From contig NC_043004.1 of NCBI RefSeq assembly GCF_006345805.1, positions 31,806,001 to 31,870,000 of the forward strand: 64,000 nt of DNA. The letters run 5' to 3'. Below are positions 63,613 through 64,000 of the stretch, piece after piece; positions within the stretch are counted from its first letter, which is position 1, and each line of letters opens with the position of its first letter. The notes under the pieces are model-generated. The model did no database searches. It was not told the origin of the DNA and saw only the letters and a list, made by a program, of their open reading frames with translations. The DNA comes from Octopus sinensis. Its lineage: Eukaryota. The position numbers and the translations under genes are program-made.

Positions 63613-63747
63613 ATAACAATTAAGGAACGGCCATAATAGGCCATTCACCCACTAGAAATAACAGCCAAAGCTTCTACTTGCGGTAGAAGCTTTGGCTGTA
63701 TTTCTAGTGGGTGAATGGCCTATTATGGCCGTTCCTTAATTGTTATT
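63612..63747. repeat. Near-perfect hairpin: ~66-bp arms, 5-nt loop
   Basis: aataacaattaaggaacggccataataggcc...aagcttctac-ttgcg-gtagaagctt...ggccgttccttaattgttatt, with a single 1-nt indel. Confidence 0.95.
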
Positions 63748-63924
63748 GTTGAACTTAAAAATGGTCTATGACTATTTAATTTTTTGGCATAGTTTCGGTT
63801 GTAGTAGCACAGATTTCCGTCATATAGGCATAGTTTCGGTTGTAGTGAAACTTCGCCAATTTTTCCCACTGGGCCGCTGGTGGCAATAAAATTCTACAAA
63901 ATTTTCCTTGCCACCCTATATTGA

Positions 63925-63954
<30 letters not shown>

Positions 63955-63955
<1 letters not shown>

Positions 63956-64000
63956 GGTGCAGGAGTGGCTGTGTGGTAAGTAGCTTGTTTACCAACCACA
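63955..64000 (+). mobile_element. SINE family A head, cut by the window end
   Basis: aggtgcaggagtggctgtgtggtaagtagcttgtttaccaaccaca. Confidence 0.85.

Noticed and set aside
63284-63619. 111-aa minus-strand ORF as a gene
   Set aside because: It starts in a microsatellite and has no recognisable domain; kept only as a possible exon in the findings.

Overview
AT-rich, microsatellite-dense eukaryotic genomic DNA. The repeat families and their (GAT)n, (ATT)n and (TA)n tails suggest an Octopus or other cephalopod genome; this is an inference from recognising the repeats, not a database result. One intact protein-coding gene is well supported: a 5-exon, 288-aa cytosolic sulfotransferase on the + strand (CDS 18100-36015). 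All four of its introns are GT-AG, the reading frame is continuous, and its PAPS-binding loop is atypical (GYFKAGCHW). The rest is mostly mobile DNA: RTE and CR1 LINE remnants, at least four tRNA-derived SINE families, mariner/pogo relics, Helitrons, fold-back/MITE elements and Penelope-like elements (PLEs). The most interesting signals are: (1) a tRNA-headed short element carrying a hammerhead-ribozyme-like core, inserted as a head-to-head dimer inside one 13-bp target duplication; (2) a second hammerhead-like family; (3) a PLE whose GIY-YIG endonuclease has a ~133-codon Asn/Ser/Thr-rich in-frame spacer between its GIY and YIG motifs; (4) unusually long target duplications (34 and 43 bp); and (5) several long near-perfect hairpins. 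All alignments were done by eye and repeat boundaries are approximate.
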